Shown piece by piece: positions 49,389 through 60,477 of a stretch of 64,000 bases of DNA. The stretch covers positions 622,364 to 686,363 of the forward strand of contig ML996696.1 of NCBI GenBank assembly GCA_010356995.1. The letters are read 5' to 3'. The notes under the pieces are model-generated. The model saw only the letters and a list, made by a program, of their open reading frames with translations. It was not told the DNA's origin and ran no database searches. Source of the stretch: Trichodelitschia bisporula. Lineage: Eukaryota. How positions within the stretch are numbered: the first letter of the stretch is position 1; each line of letters begins with the position of its first letter. The translations under genes and the position numbers were made by a program.

Positions 49389-50970
49389 ATGCGGCGACTC
49401 ACGGCTTATGTCGCTGTACGTTCTTCTGCCTGGTTGGCAGTCTTTACCGTGTTTGCGGAGTGCTAATGTATTGCGGCAGGGCTCGGTGGCACTGGCGGCG
49501 GGTGTTGTGTCGTGGGCGTACCTTGAGCGGCCCAACTTCTATTCCGCAGCCGTTTACCTCTCACAGAGCAATGCGTCTTTGATGGTACGCGTGCGTCTGG
49601 AAGTTGTTGATGTTAGCTAACCCGTGAAGATTCTCTGCAACCTCGCCCTCGTCTGCGTCGGCTCCTTCATGTACGGCCTCCAACAAGCCCTTTTCGGACC
49701 GCTCCGCGCCATCGAAGTCGAACACCTTTACGAACGGGGATGGTTCACAGTGACGGAGTGGGCATTCGCCATGTCCACGTTCCGAGACCAGTTCGGCGTG
49801 TGGTTCCTCGCCATGTTCTTTTGCCTGTTTGCCGGCAAGGTGTGGGGTTGGATAGCCGAGGGTCGCGTTGAGTCCCTTGAGCAGCAGCCACCTGCCAATC
49901 CGCGACTGTTCCACACGCGTCTTGTAGCGTCGCTGGTTGTGTACCTGGGATTCGCGACCAAGATGTTCTTCTACAGCCTGGATTCGGTGCTGTACGAGCC
50001 GCATCGCCCCGGCATGATGATCATGTTCGTATTCGAGTTTCTGATTCTCGTCATCAGTGCCGCATCGACGATTATGCGGTATGGGATCTGGCTGGAGGAG
50101 TATCGGGTCATCAAGAAGCAGACAGCTCAGCTGATTGAGGCGCGGCGGGCGGAGATCCGGGCGGCTCGTCGGGCCATCGAGGAGGCAGCGGCATCGGGCG
50201 AGGAAAGTCGGGAGGGGCGGCCAAGCCTGGAGGACTTGCCGAATGAGGAGGACATCGGGGAGAATGACGTGGAAATTCCGGGCTGGGAGGCCAAGCGCAA
50301 ATGGCTCTTCGTACTGGATCTTTCGACAGGTTCGTACTTTTTGCCGCTCTATGACATTTGCTAACCAGGCAGACCTCTTCAAACTCCTCTCCTACGTTTC
50401 CTTCTTCAGTATCCTTACACTGTTCTACGGCATTCCGATCTACATCCTCCGCGACCTCTACCTTACATTCCGTTCGTTCAACAAGCGGCTGCTCGACTAC
50501 TTCAAGTATCAAGCGGCAACGAAGAACATGAATGAGCGATATCCCGACGCCACTGCGGAGGACCTCACTCCGAATAACACGTGCATCGTCTGCCGCGAGG
50601 ATATGCGGGCATGGTCGGAGCTGAATCAGCCCCTAATCCCAGGCCAGCCGCCGCGTCCTGTCTCTGAGCGCCAGCGGGCGAAGAAGCTCCCTTGCGGACA
50701 CATTCTGCACTTTGGATGTTTACAGAGCTGGCTGGAACGTCAACAGATATGCCCGACCTGCCGGCAGTCCGTCTTCACTCCGAATGGTGCTCAAAGACAA
50801 GCTCAGGGAGCGAACGGCCAGCCTGGACCAAACCATGGCGCGAACCGCAACCCGAATCAACCCGCGGCTGGTCGCAACCAGCCGCGTATCTGGAGGCTCG
50901 GACCGGTGCGTATTCAGCTCGGCATTGGCGCGGGAGTGATTCCCGGCAACATGGCCCAGCAACCTAGGAT

Positions 50971-51003
<33 letters not shown>

Positions 51004-52186
51004 TGGAGCTAATGGGGCGCAGCCTGGAGCCAACGCGGTTCAGTATCCCCAGGTACCGGGCGTGCAGGCTGCTGGCGTTCAAGGCCAGATTGCCGGAGTT
51101 GGCGGTCAGGCCCAAACCGCGGCTAGGCAGCCGAGCTCTGCGCTCCGGTCTGCAACGGTGCACCACTCGCTAAATCTCCTGGAACAATCCATCCGTTACG
51201 AGCAAATGGCTCTGAACACCGAGATCAATCGACTCAACATGCTTCGTCGGGCGCAGCTGCAAATGGACCAAGTGGCAGCGGCTCAACAGCTCAACGCCAT
51301 GAACCAGGTACTTCAGCCTGGTCAAGGCGTTACTGGTCAAGGTCCCGTTGGTGTTCCCGCCGGACCTGTCCATCGCTTTCCGCCTGGCTATCATCATCCC
51401 GGCTATCGCCAAGGCATACCTGGCGCTCTTCCTCAGCAACCAACGACGCGCTCCTCGACACCCCAGCCACAGAATGGACAACAAGCCCCGAATGGTGCCC
51501 TCCCCGAAGGCTTGAACGTACCCCCAGGCTGGCGGGTAATTCCTCTGCAGCTCGCCCAGACGGCCCAGCCCGTACGCCCAGCCGTTGCCCCCCCGCAGCA
51601 TCACATCGTGACGTCGACGCAGACGGTCATCTTCCATGCTCCCCTCAATCTGGCCAACCAGAATGAGGGCGGACAGCAGCGGAGCGGACAAGGTAGCCCA
51701 GCGATGACTGGCCCCGTGCCCACGCCTACAGTCTCGGCGAACGCTGTGCCCGCGCCTGCGACCGCGGCACCTGCCTCCGCACCCGTTTCCGCACCGGTCC
51801 CTACGCCTACCGTCCCTGCCTGGCTGTCCGCGAACGCCGCTTCCGGCGCCGGTGGTCCCCCACGTGGTGGTCTCTCGCCCCCGCGCTCCACGCCCACATC
51901 GCCGCTCGTGCAGTCGGAGAGCGCGTCACCGGTCGCGCAGAACGCTACTCCGGTGCCGGCACCTGCCGCTGCTGTCACGCCCGGCTGGCATTTTGGGTAT
52001 GTCCCTGCGAACGGCACGGATTCGGGGTCTGCGTCCGAGGCGGGAAGCGGTCCGGCATCTGTGAAGGGGCCTGGGGAAGGTGCTTCGGCTGCGGCTACGG
52101 CTACACCTTCGACGAGTGCTTCGGGAGAGACGGAAGCTTCTGGGCCCGGGTATCAGCGGGCCAGTGTAGAGGATTCTGAGGAGTAG
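49389..52186 (+). CDS. HRD1: ERAD E3 ubiquitin ligase Hrd1 (synoviolin)
   Basis: MRRLTAYVA|...[19 protein letters not shown]|...[14 protein letters not shown]...FRD...[10 protein letters not shown]...MNERYPDAT...CIVCREDM...[28 protein letters not shown] (RING-H2), then a low-complexity tail; three introns. Confidence 0.97.
50972..51001 (+). repeat. (CAACAG)5 poly-Gln tract in Hrd1
   Basis: Ten consecutive Gln codons alternating CAA and CAG. Confidence 0.95.
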
Positions 52187-53790
52187 GGTGGTTGGGAAAA
52201 ATGGGTGGTTCATGTGCATAGCAAGGCGTTTTTTGGCGTTGTGGTCATACCCGAAATTACATGGTGATGGATGCGCGATGAGGGATGCGAGGATGATGGA
52301 TGGGTTTTCCTTTGACTGGTCTGGGTTGTTGAGCAAGATGAGAGGGTGATGTGCGTTAGATGGACATCGTGGTGCAGACTGCCTCTCTTCAATATGGTGC
52401 GTACTCGGTACATACTTGATTACGGGTTGATGGTCTGCTGAGTACCTCTTGTATCAATATTGACGCATCATGGCGGCTTTGATTGCGTGCTTACGAGAAC
52501 TGGGTTTCAGGGATGAAGCTATCCTTTGCCGTGCACGACCCCCTTCCCTTGACTATGCGGCTTGAACCAGACGTCGGATCTCAGCTTGCCCATCCTGAGA
52601 TCAAGAGACATGAACCGATCCTGTGTGGCCGGTCACGTTCTGGAATTTGCTGACGTTCTGGAACATGTGGAGGATGAATAAAAGCCCTCCAGCGCGGCAC
52701 CGTTTTCTACCGCCGAAGACGCGCGTCAGACGACACCGAGGCGCGCCGTTGATATTCCCGATCTGAGACTTCACCACTTATTGCACTTGCACAGACAACG
52801 TTGGAGTACATCTACATAGCCCATCTGATCAATTTAGCGATCTTTAAATCCCAATAAGCCGCTTACCACCACCCCGGGAATAATCACAGCATAACACCAA
52901 CAAACATGCTCCCCTCAAATGCCCCATAAGCTGACCTCTGAAACTCATCCCCACTTCTGAAACCGCACCGCCACTCCCCTCAAAAGATCAGCGCCCCCTT
53001 CCCACCTAACCCCAGCCTCAGAATTCCCAGTCCATGAGCCAGGGCATGTCATGCGTACCGCCGAAAAAGTCACAACCCCTCCGCCACAGGATCTCGCACC
53101 CAGAGCCGACTTCGACTTTCCCAAGCCTCCCCTGGCCCAACATTCCACCTATTTTTATCCCCTGTTCCAGTTACCAGGCCGAACCCCACACACCCCCCTC
53201 CCCACCAAACAAGCAACGGGCCTACCCGCCTACCCGCCTCGTCCCTCCCCCCCCAAACAGCTATCTATTGGCCGGGGAATGCCCCCCCGCGCTGGCAGTC
53301 GTGTACGAGGTATTCTGGTCGGAGCGCGCGCGCGAGATGCCGCCCCCGCGGCGGGATGGGCGAGGCTGAGTCCGCCTGTCGGCGAGGGAGATTGCGTCGG
53401 GCTAGGGCTGACGTTGCCAGCGGCGGACCCGCGTTGGCAGTCGCTGTGCGCCGGGCCAAGGAGTATTAAGAATGGTCGGCCCCGCTGACGGGTTGGTTAC
53501 TCATGCGACGGACCCTTTGCTATTAACCCCTTTAACCTTACCTTTGCGCTGGTGTTCTTTGATCTTTGCACTGCTGGTTCAGTGATTTACAGATATACGT
53601 CTGCGTTGAAAGTGCTCGGTTCCCCGTTCCGTCCCGCGCCATTTCTGCACAGCGTTGCCCGAATCCGGCCATCCGAATACGCCCATCGTCAGGCGTCCAG
53701 CTCCCGCGAACAAGCTTCGACGCCCAGAGGAGCTGCTTTAACCACGCTATCGCAACCGAGTCATTCGTGGCGCTTTCGCCCTCCGCTAAA

Positions 53791-54776
53791 ATGTATCCCT
53801 CCCGCCCCGGCAACGCGCAATACGCACCTGTGCAAAACTCCTACGATCTCGCCGACGCACATCGCACGCCTTCACCGTACGGCAAACACGCGCCCGCACC
53901 TTACGCTGCCTACGCGCCTTACAACTACGAGCCGATGAGCACGCCGCTGAAACCGATGTATCTGGCGCAGGAGCACTCGGTGCGCGAGAGCACCATCGAG
54001 CAGGTGCAGCGGCTGGAGACGGTGGATCAGGTAGCTCTACTATCAATGTATTCGTATCGCGGGCTAATGGTTTCAGGCCCTCAAGCGACGCATCCGTATC
54101 CTCCGCCTCGTGAGCCGCGTGCTCGCGACGGGACTCTCGATCGCAGCCTTCGTGCCCATCGCCATGACCACGGCGAAGTTCCTGACGACTAAGGACGTGT
54201 TGCGCGAGGCCCCGGCGCCGGGCGGTACGACGGTTCTGCGCGGGCCGTGGGCCAAGGAGAGCAAGACGTGGCCGACGCATATGTACCTCGGCATTGCGGT
54301 GACGTCGCTGGTGTGCAATCTGGGCACCATGGTGGGGTATGTGTTTGGTGGGGTGCGGGGCGCGAACATCATGGCTGCCGCGGAGGGATACTTCAGCATG
54401 TCTGTGATTCTTGGGAATTTGATCGTGTGGATTATTGCCGCGGCGGTGTATCGCAAGGAGAAGGGGTTGGATGGGAAGAATAACGATTTGTGGGGTTGGG
54501 CGTGCAGTGAGAGCGCGAAGATTATTCAGGATGCGTTCCAGGACGAGGTGCCGTTTGACAGGTACTGCAATATTCAGGTGAGTTGGTTGCTTTTGGGGAT
54601 GGAGAAGTGGTTGATGCGCGATGCTAACTGATATTTAGTCTGGTGCCTGGTATGCTGGCCTCCTGCAAGTCGCGGCCATGTTCTTGTCTGGTGTTGTGTA
54701 CTTGCTCACGCTACGTCGCGTGATGGCGAAGAAGAAGCTGCGGCGTACGCGGTCGGAGCTGAACGGCATGCAATAG
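53791..54776 (+). CDS. Conserved fungal four-TM membrane protein of unknown function
   Basis: Three exons (introns ~54031-54076, ~54578-54638): ...ALKRRIRILRLVSR, hydrophobic helices, PWAKESKTWPT, DLWGWACS...FDRYCNIQ|SGAWY...; stop at 54776. Confidence 0.85.
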
Positions 54777-55027
54777 GACTAGGGAGGGAATATGTACGGC
54801 CTGATATCAGGGAGGCATTGGACGGCGGACTGGATTGGAAAGCGTATCATCATGAGCATATAGTTCAAAACGGTTGCTTCTTTGGATATAGTAGACCCAA
54901 TAGTAGTTTGTAGTGAGCCAATATGATGCTGGTTTGATGCACAGAATATGTTTGGTCTCCGTGGAAGTGTCGGATGCTTCCCGTCAATCCCTACTGCGTA
55001 CTCTTTTGCTCCGCCCGGGTTTCCAAG

Positions 55028-55038
55028 GGTTCGATCCC
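55028..55038 (+). promoter_or_regulatory. RNA polymerase III B-box upstream of U6
   Basis: GGTTCGATCCC fits the B-box consensus GGTTCGANYCC, ~170 bp upstream of U6. Confidence 0.6.
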
Positions 55039-55158
55039 CAGGTCCGATCAAAGGGTCCGGGGGGTCCAAGCAAAAGCATCGCCATCGCCACCCAGCCTCC
55101 TCCTCAGCCACGGCTGCCTAGCCCGGAACAACCATTTTACGGTCCCCCCGCTTGAGGG

Positions 55159-55166
55159 TATAAAAG
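55159..55166 (+). promoter_or_regulatory. TATA box of the U6 gene
   Basis: TATAAAAG about 40 bp upstream of the inferred U6 5' end. Confidence 0.75.
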
Positions 55167-55198
55167 GCCGTCCTCCCCCCGACCCTCTTCTTCTCCTC

Positions 55199-55299
55199 GC
55201 CTTCGGGCATTTGGTCAATTTGAAACGATACAGAGAAGATTAGCATGGCCCCTGCACTAAGGATGACACGCTCAATCAAAGAGAAGCTCCAAGTTTTTT
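55199..55299 (+). ncRNA. U6: U6 spliceosomal snRNA (intronless)
   Basis: 5' hairpin GCC-TTCG-GGC; invariant core ACGATACAGAGAAGATTAGCATGGCCCCTGCACTAAGGATGACACG (ACAGAGA box, AGC triad, ISL); T6 Pol III terminator at 55294-55299. Confidence 0.98.
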
Positions 55300-56243
55300 C
55301 ATCGTTTGCTTTCGCATGGCGGGAGCACGAAGAAGATGCTGCGGTCTCGTGGGGAAGTTTGGGTTACGTGTTCGTGATCGGGTGAGCGTTCGGTACTGCT
55401 GGCTTGGATGCTTCGTGTTGTTGTTTTGGGCACGTCTGTACGTAGAAGAACTCTGGATATACGAACTCCGTGAGCATTTGCCTTCTGATGCGACGCCCTT
55501 CTCTTCACGTCGCGATCCCATTCACAATCCCAGCTTTGTAAACCCCTGCCTGACGTCATTGGGGTACTCACGATCGCGCCTTCCACTCGACATCGGGCCC
55601 TTGACGCAACCTCATCTCTCTCCCTCAACGTAGCACTTTCTTCCATCTTTGACGACGTTGAATGAAAATAAACGCAACCGATCTCCATATAAATGCTCTT
55701 TCGAGTCCAGTGTCGCGCCAACTTGGCAAAGCAGTATCCTAACCTACCATCACTGCTGAGACGGAGCCTCACCCTGCCCTCCCTTCTGAGAGGCTTGCAT
55801 GAAGGCCCTGCTTCGTCCCTTCGCTGAGACGAGCCGTTGACGCGTCGCGTCCAGGTCGTGATAGGAAATGTCTTCCTTCCACTGTCGTCCCGCGGCAGGA
55901 TTTTCGCCATCCCGAGCCAGTTGAGGCGAACATCCTGCTGTCCGACCCAGAGATGATCAAGCTGACTTGACTTTATTCCGGGAAAGTGGCTACTCCAACA
56001 TATGCACTAAACGACACCAGTAAAGCAAATCAAGTGGCATTAAAATCATCCCATTTTGATATACACACGGCAATTTCCAGCCGGTCACTGCCTAAGGGCA
56101 CGTGTGCTTCCAAAACTTCGCATATCCAACCATACCACAAACCCGCATGCTATGCCGCGATGCCGTGGGCGCAAACCCTACCCAGTACGTGCAGAAACTC
56201 CACCTCACCAACTTGAACTCCAACGCCCTAACCCAGATAACTC

Positions 56244-57841
56244 TCAAATAGTCCAATCCCCAACCCAATCATCCCACGATAACCCCTCGTTGAAGTCCCC
56301 CGCAATCTGGCTCAATATGCTCCCGGGCGTGAGCTGCACACCTCCTCCCTGTCCATCCCACTGCACACCCAGCCCGGCACCTCCAGGCGCAGCCCATGTC
56401 TTTCCACTTTGGTCCTCAACACCAGTAACACTATGAGGAGCGGCAGAGTACGTCTTCAGCTTGAGATCCGCCGGGCGATCCACTCCCGCCGTTTGCGACG
56501 TAAACTGCATCGCGTTCAGCGGCAGTTGCGGCGTGAGCGGGTGCGAGTAGCCCTGGTGGCCCCAGTACCCACCGTTGTGCTGCTCCGGATGCTGAGCGTG
56601 CGGATCTGACTGCTGCAGGGACGTCTGGTAGCTCTGACCCTGTCCCTGAGCCTCCTGTTTCTGATAGGGCGCTGGAGCGGCATTGTGGTATTGAGGGGCT
56701 GGCTCGTAGGGCCCTTGACCAGGCCCGGCTGTGGCCGAAGTCGGCGTGGTGATGTTCGAGTGCTGAGGCACAGGTGTCGCCATGTTCGAGTGCTGAGCCA
56801 CAGGCGTCGGGTACCCGCTGGATGCGTGGCGCGGCGCCGGAGAGCGGTACGCCGGGGTGTAGCTGGCGGGGGAGTAGTGCTCGGGTTGTGGGTAGGATTG
56901 CTGTTGGGCGTAGGTCTGGGGCTGGGCCTGCTGCTGGACGTGCGTCTGCGGTCGGGACTGGGCCTGCGTCTGCGGCTGCGGTGTGCTCGCCGCGGCCGGG
57001 GAGTTATACTGCTGTCCCGCACTCTCCCGCGGCGTCGTCCCGCGCTCTTCCTCCGCCTTCTTGCCCTCGTCCCGGCTCCCGCGCACCTGGGGCGGCGGCT
57101 GGTACTGGAAGAAAGCAGCGGGCTGGTCGGCCCATGCATTCGCCGCACCGCCGCCGCCGTGTAAGACGTAGTCAACGTAGGCGCGGGTGCCGTATGTGAC
57201 TGCGAGCCAGGACGTCATGCGCGCCTGCAGGGTCGCGCCGTCGTCTTCGCTCAGGTACTGTTCCTCGTTCACGACGGCCTCTTCGGTGATCTTGAGGCCC
57301 CGCCCGCAGCGCTGCTTGTGGATGCGCGATGCTTCGCGCGCGGATTCGAGGCGTGCTTCGATGGAGCGGTCGGAGCGACGCGAGGCGGCGACGTAGGCAC
57401 TGATAAGGAGGTTAGATGAGGTAGGTGCAGTGGGGGACAGTGAGGGGCGTACCGTTCGGAGTTCTCGAGCTTCTTGCGCCGCTCGGCTTCGTCGTCGCGC
57501 GGGGCTGAGTCGTCGTCGCCTGCGGCCTTCTTCTTCTTGGATTTGCCCTTTGGCTTTTTGGCTGCGGGGCCGGTGTCCTTGTCTCCTTCGCCGTCGGCGT
57601 CGGCGGCGTCGTCGGCGGGGGGGGTCTGTCGCTTTGTTCCTCGCGAGGGACGGGACTCGCGGCGCTTTGATGGGGCGGTGGTGGGGGCGGAGGCTGGTGA
57701 TGGGATGGAGGGGCGGCGGGGTGTGGGGGTAGGGGCGGTGAGGGAGGTGTCTGGCTCTGGGAGGGGGGTGGTCATGGAGCTGAAGCGCGAAGCGGGCATT
57801 GCTGCACGGGCGGGGAGGGTGTACTCTGAGTTGTGAGCCAT
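56244..57841 (-). CDS. Conserved Pezizomycotina protein with basic helical 'AASRRSDRS' domain (putative nuclear/regulatory)
   Basis: Intron 57400-57452 joins ...RRKKLENSER to AYVAASRRSDRSIEARLESAREASRIHKQRCGRGLKITEEAVVNEEQY. NLS-like KKPKGKSKKKK upstream; Q/P/Y-rich tail. Confidence 0.85.
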
Positions 57842-59347
57842 TGAGGGTGATGGAGAGGGGGTCCTCCAGTCAATGGTGATGGGGTGGTAACACTAGGTCA
57901 GAGGAGGGAGGATGGAGGGACTGAGGGGTGGGAACGGGGTCGTGGGTTGGGGTTCTCCGATGTGAGGACCCTTCGGAAGATGTGAGATGGGAATCGGAGG
58001 GAGAAAATGACGTGTGAAGACCAGAATTGGATGGGCTGCAACGTCTATTGTACCCAGTGATGCGGGCGTGGGTTGTCAGGCGCAAGGCCGGCCGAGGCTC
58101 AAGGCTGCGACGAGGGCGTTAGCTGATTGGCCGATCGCGCGCAAGCGAGCTGTGCGGACCGGAACAAGAACACGGACGGCGGGTCCAAACAATAGAAGAA
58201 AAAAGTGCAACGGAGTTGGAATTGCGATGGGCAAAGTGGGAGTGGGAAAAAGCGAAAGGGTTGAGAGCTTGCCCCCATCTTTTTCCCGGGGCGGACGCGA
58301 AGGGGAGGGGGGGAAGTGCACGCTGTGCGGGACCTGTACTTACTGTGCCTTGGCGCTCCACGAGATACCTCGCGATGGTGGAGGACGTTCGGGGCGTATG
58401 GCAGGGGTGCAACGATCGGTAGGCTTGATTGGAGCGATGGCCCACTGGGACGGGCGTGGCGTCGGACTAGTGCAATTTGGGGACCAGGGTGGAGCTTGGG
58501 TACAGGTGCTGAACTGCCACGGTACAGGGCGATGGCGCACCCGGCAAAGGCGATGGGGAGCGTAAGGTGAGTTTGATGGCGATCAGAAGAACTGCGGCGA
58601 ATTTGAAATTCTGCTATGAACGATGGTTTGCGAGAGATTGCGCAGTGTTATGGGCGTGTCGGGTATTTATTGTCAAACGACTCTTTCGATGAAGAAGTGC
58701 ACCTGTTTCCTGGATTAGTATTTCCCAAAAGCAAACGTTTGGTTCCATGATTCTGCTTCACCCCCACATGGCTGGCAACTGCCACCGCCTGAAGGATTCG
58801 TACCGCGGGGAACATACCGTCGGTTACAAGTCAAATAACGTAGGAGGCCGAGTGATGTCTCTGCTCCGCTGCGCTATGGCGTTTACTACGTAGTAGTCCA
58901 ACGGGGCTGTGGAATAGACTTCGAGGAGGAGAAAATAGCCCGGAAACCACACTGGCAATTGGGATCGTGATTGAGATCCTGAATCCCTCGAGGCGGCCGT
59001 TCCGCATTTTATCAATCCGTTTCCCGCGTCACACACATCTCACCCGCACGCGTTGTGCCGCTCAGTTAGCTCAGTAGCGCAATCGATGCCTACCCCCCGG
59101 TACCAGATCCCATATCAATGCACGAATTCCCTGATCCATCCATCGCTGCAGCATCTGCTACACGCGCGTGGTGTCTTGCGTAGCCCTCATCTTTCCCCGC
59201 ATGAAGATACTCGATCCCGCCTTCCGCGCAACTAATTCCAGTTCGCGCCCCCCCCTCGCCCTTAACCAGCCTGCCAATCCAAAGAGCTTGCTATCCTTCC
59301 CCCCGTCCCCCCTCCATATCTTGGCCACCAACTCCGCATCTCCCCCA

Positions 59348-59447
59348 NNNNNNNNNNNNNNNNNNNNNNNNNNNNNNNNNNNNNNNNNNNNNNNNNNNNN
59401 NNNNNNNNNNNNNNNNNNNNNNNNNNNNNNNNNNNNNNNNNNNNNNN
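59348..59447. other. Assembly gap (100 N)
   Basis: Run of exactly 100 N; the true length is unknown. Confidence 1.
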
Positions 59448-59464
59448 ATCGCCCCTTACCCTCG

Positions 59465-60320
59465 CCCTAACCCGACCGATCGGACCCAGCGCGCACTCTG
59501 CACCGCGATCGATTCACCCACCCGCTCTGTGCAACCTCTCGAAAACGCCGCTGTACAACCCCCCGAACGCCGCCGTGCAACACCCCTACCCCCATCGAAA
59601 ACAGATCTGCGCCCCGGTTTCCGGAAGCCGGGGTCGAGAGATCTGGTACGATGGGCGCATGCAACGACGTGAGTGGCGAAACATGGCGCCCTCGTTCGCC
59701 GGTTTGCCAGTTTAAGAATGGTCACCCGAAGCAGGGTCCTTAGGCTGAGGGCAAAAAGTTATGAACGCGCCTCCGAAAGTCTTTGCTTCTTGTTCAGCAA
59801 ACGCCTCGCTAGACACCGGGCTCTAACTTTATATCTTTCCGGGGCGGGCGCCCATGACTTTCCCGCCCAGCCCTTGGTCTGCTCGGCCCGCATGCCTCGC
59901 GGCCGTGAATGGCCCCATGGTTGCATAACGCCGTATTTTCTTGGAGGAAAGGCTACGCGCGCCTAGGCCGCGGGGGCGGAGGAAGCTCCTATCCATCTCT
60001 GACAGGGCAGTGCAATACTCAGCCCGGCGCCACGACGTATGTGGCGTGGGGGCAGCGGGGGGGAGCGGCGAGTATGTTCGTCCATGACGTTGAATTACGG
60101 TACGGCCGTTACGCACGCGGGCTGATGCGATTGGGGCGTCCTCTTGACGGGCGCGGTGCCAGCGTGCTAGATTGCGTGTAATTGCCCCGGCGGCGCGAAC
60201 GAGATACTGTAGATTGAGAACCTTCGGCGCTCAGTCAGGATCGGGATAAGCGTGGTGTAAATTTCATGGTGCCCCGTGTTGTGCTCGGGCCGCTTGGCCA
60301 AGAGGGTGGAGAGTGCTGAG
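59465..60320 (+). ncRNA. Candidate large structured non-coding RNA (identity unknown)
   Basis: Dense nested helices found by eye (59591-59655, 59726-59888, 59895-59975, 60071-60208, 60212-60236 with a cUUCGg loop). G-U pairs favour the + strand; no credible ORF. Confidence 0.4.
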
Positions 60321-60435
60321 AGGGGTGGGGCTTGGCGTGATGCTTCCGCGCGGGTAGATGGAGGCGAGATTGAGATGAATTGGCGGGTTTTAGATTAGAT
60401 TTAGGGGGTTCTGCCGTGCGGGGGTGGGGGGGGGG

Positions 60436-60477
60436 GGAAGGTGGCTTGGGGTTGGAAGGTGGCTTGGGGTTGGAAGG
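60436..60477. repeat. 18-bp G-rich tandem repeat GGAAGGTGGCTTGGGGTT (x2.3) after a poly-G run
   Basis: GGAAGG recurs at 60436, 60454 and 60472. Confidence 0.9.

Noticed and set aside
54969..55049. Functional tRNA gene
   Set aside because: The T-stem is only partly paired, and there is no D-arm/A-box or clear anticodon arm; kept only as a B-box or relic.
59061..59085. TAGCTCAGT A-box-like motif
   Set aside because: No downstream B-box or cloverleaf.
60009..60016. AGTGCAAT matching the RNase P CR-IV motif
   Set aside because: No upstream GGAAATTCGGTG-type CR-I or matching P4 partner; likely a chance 8-mer.
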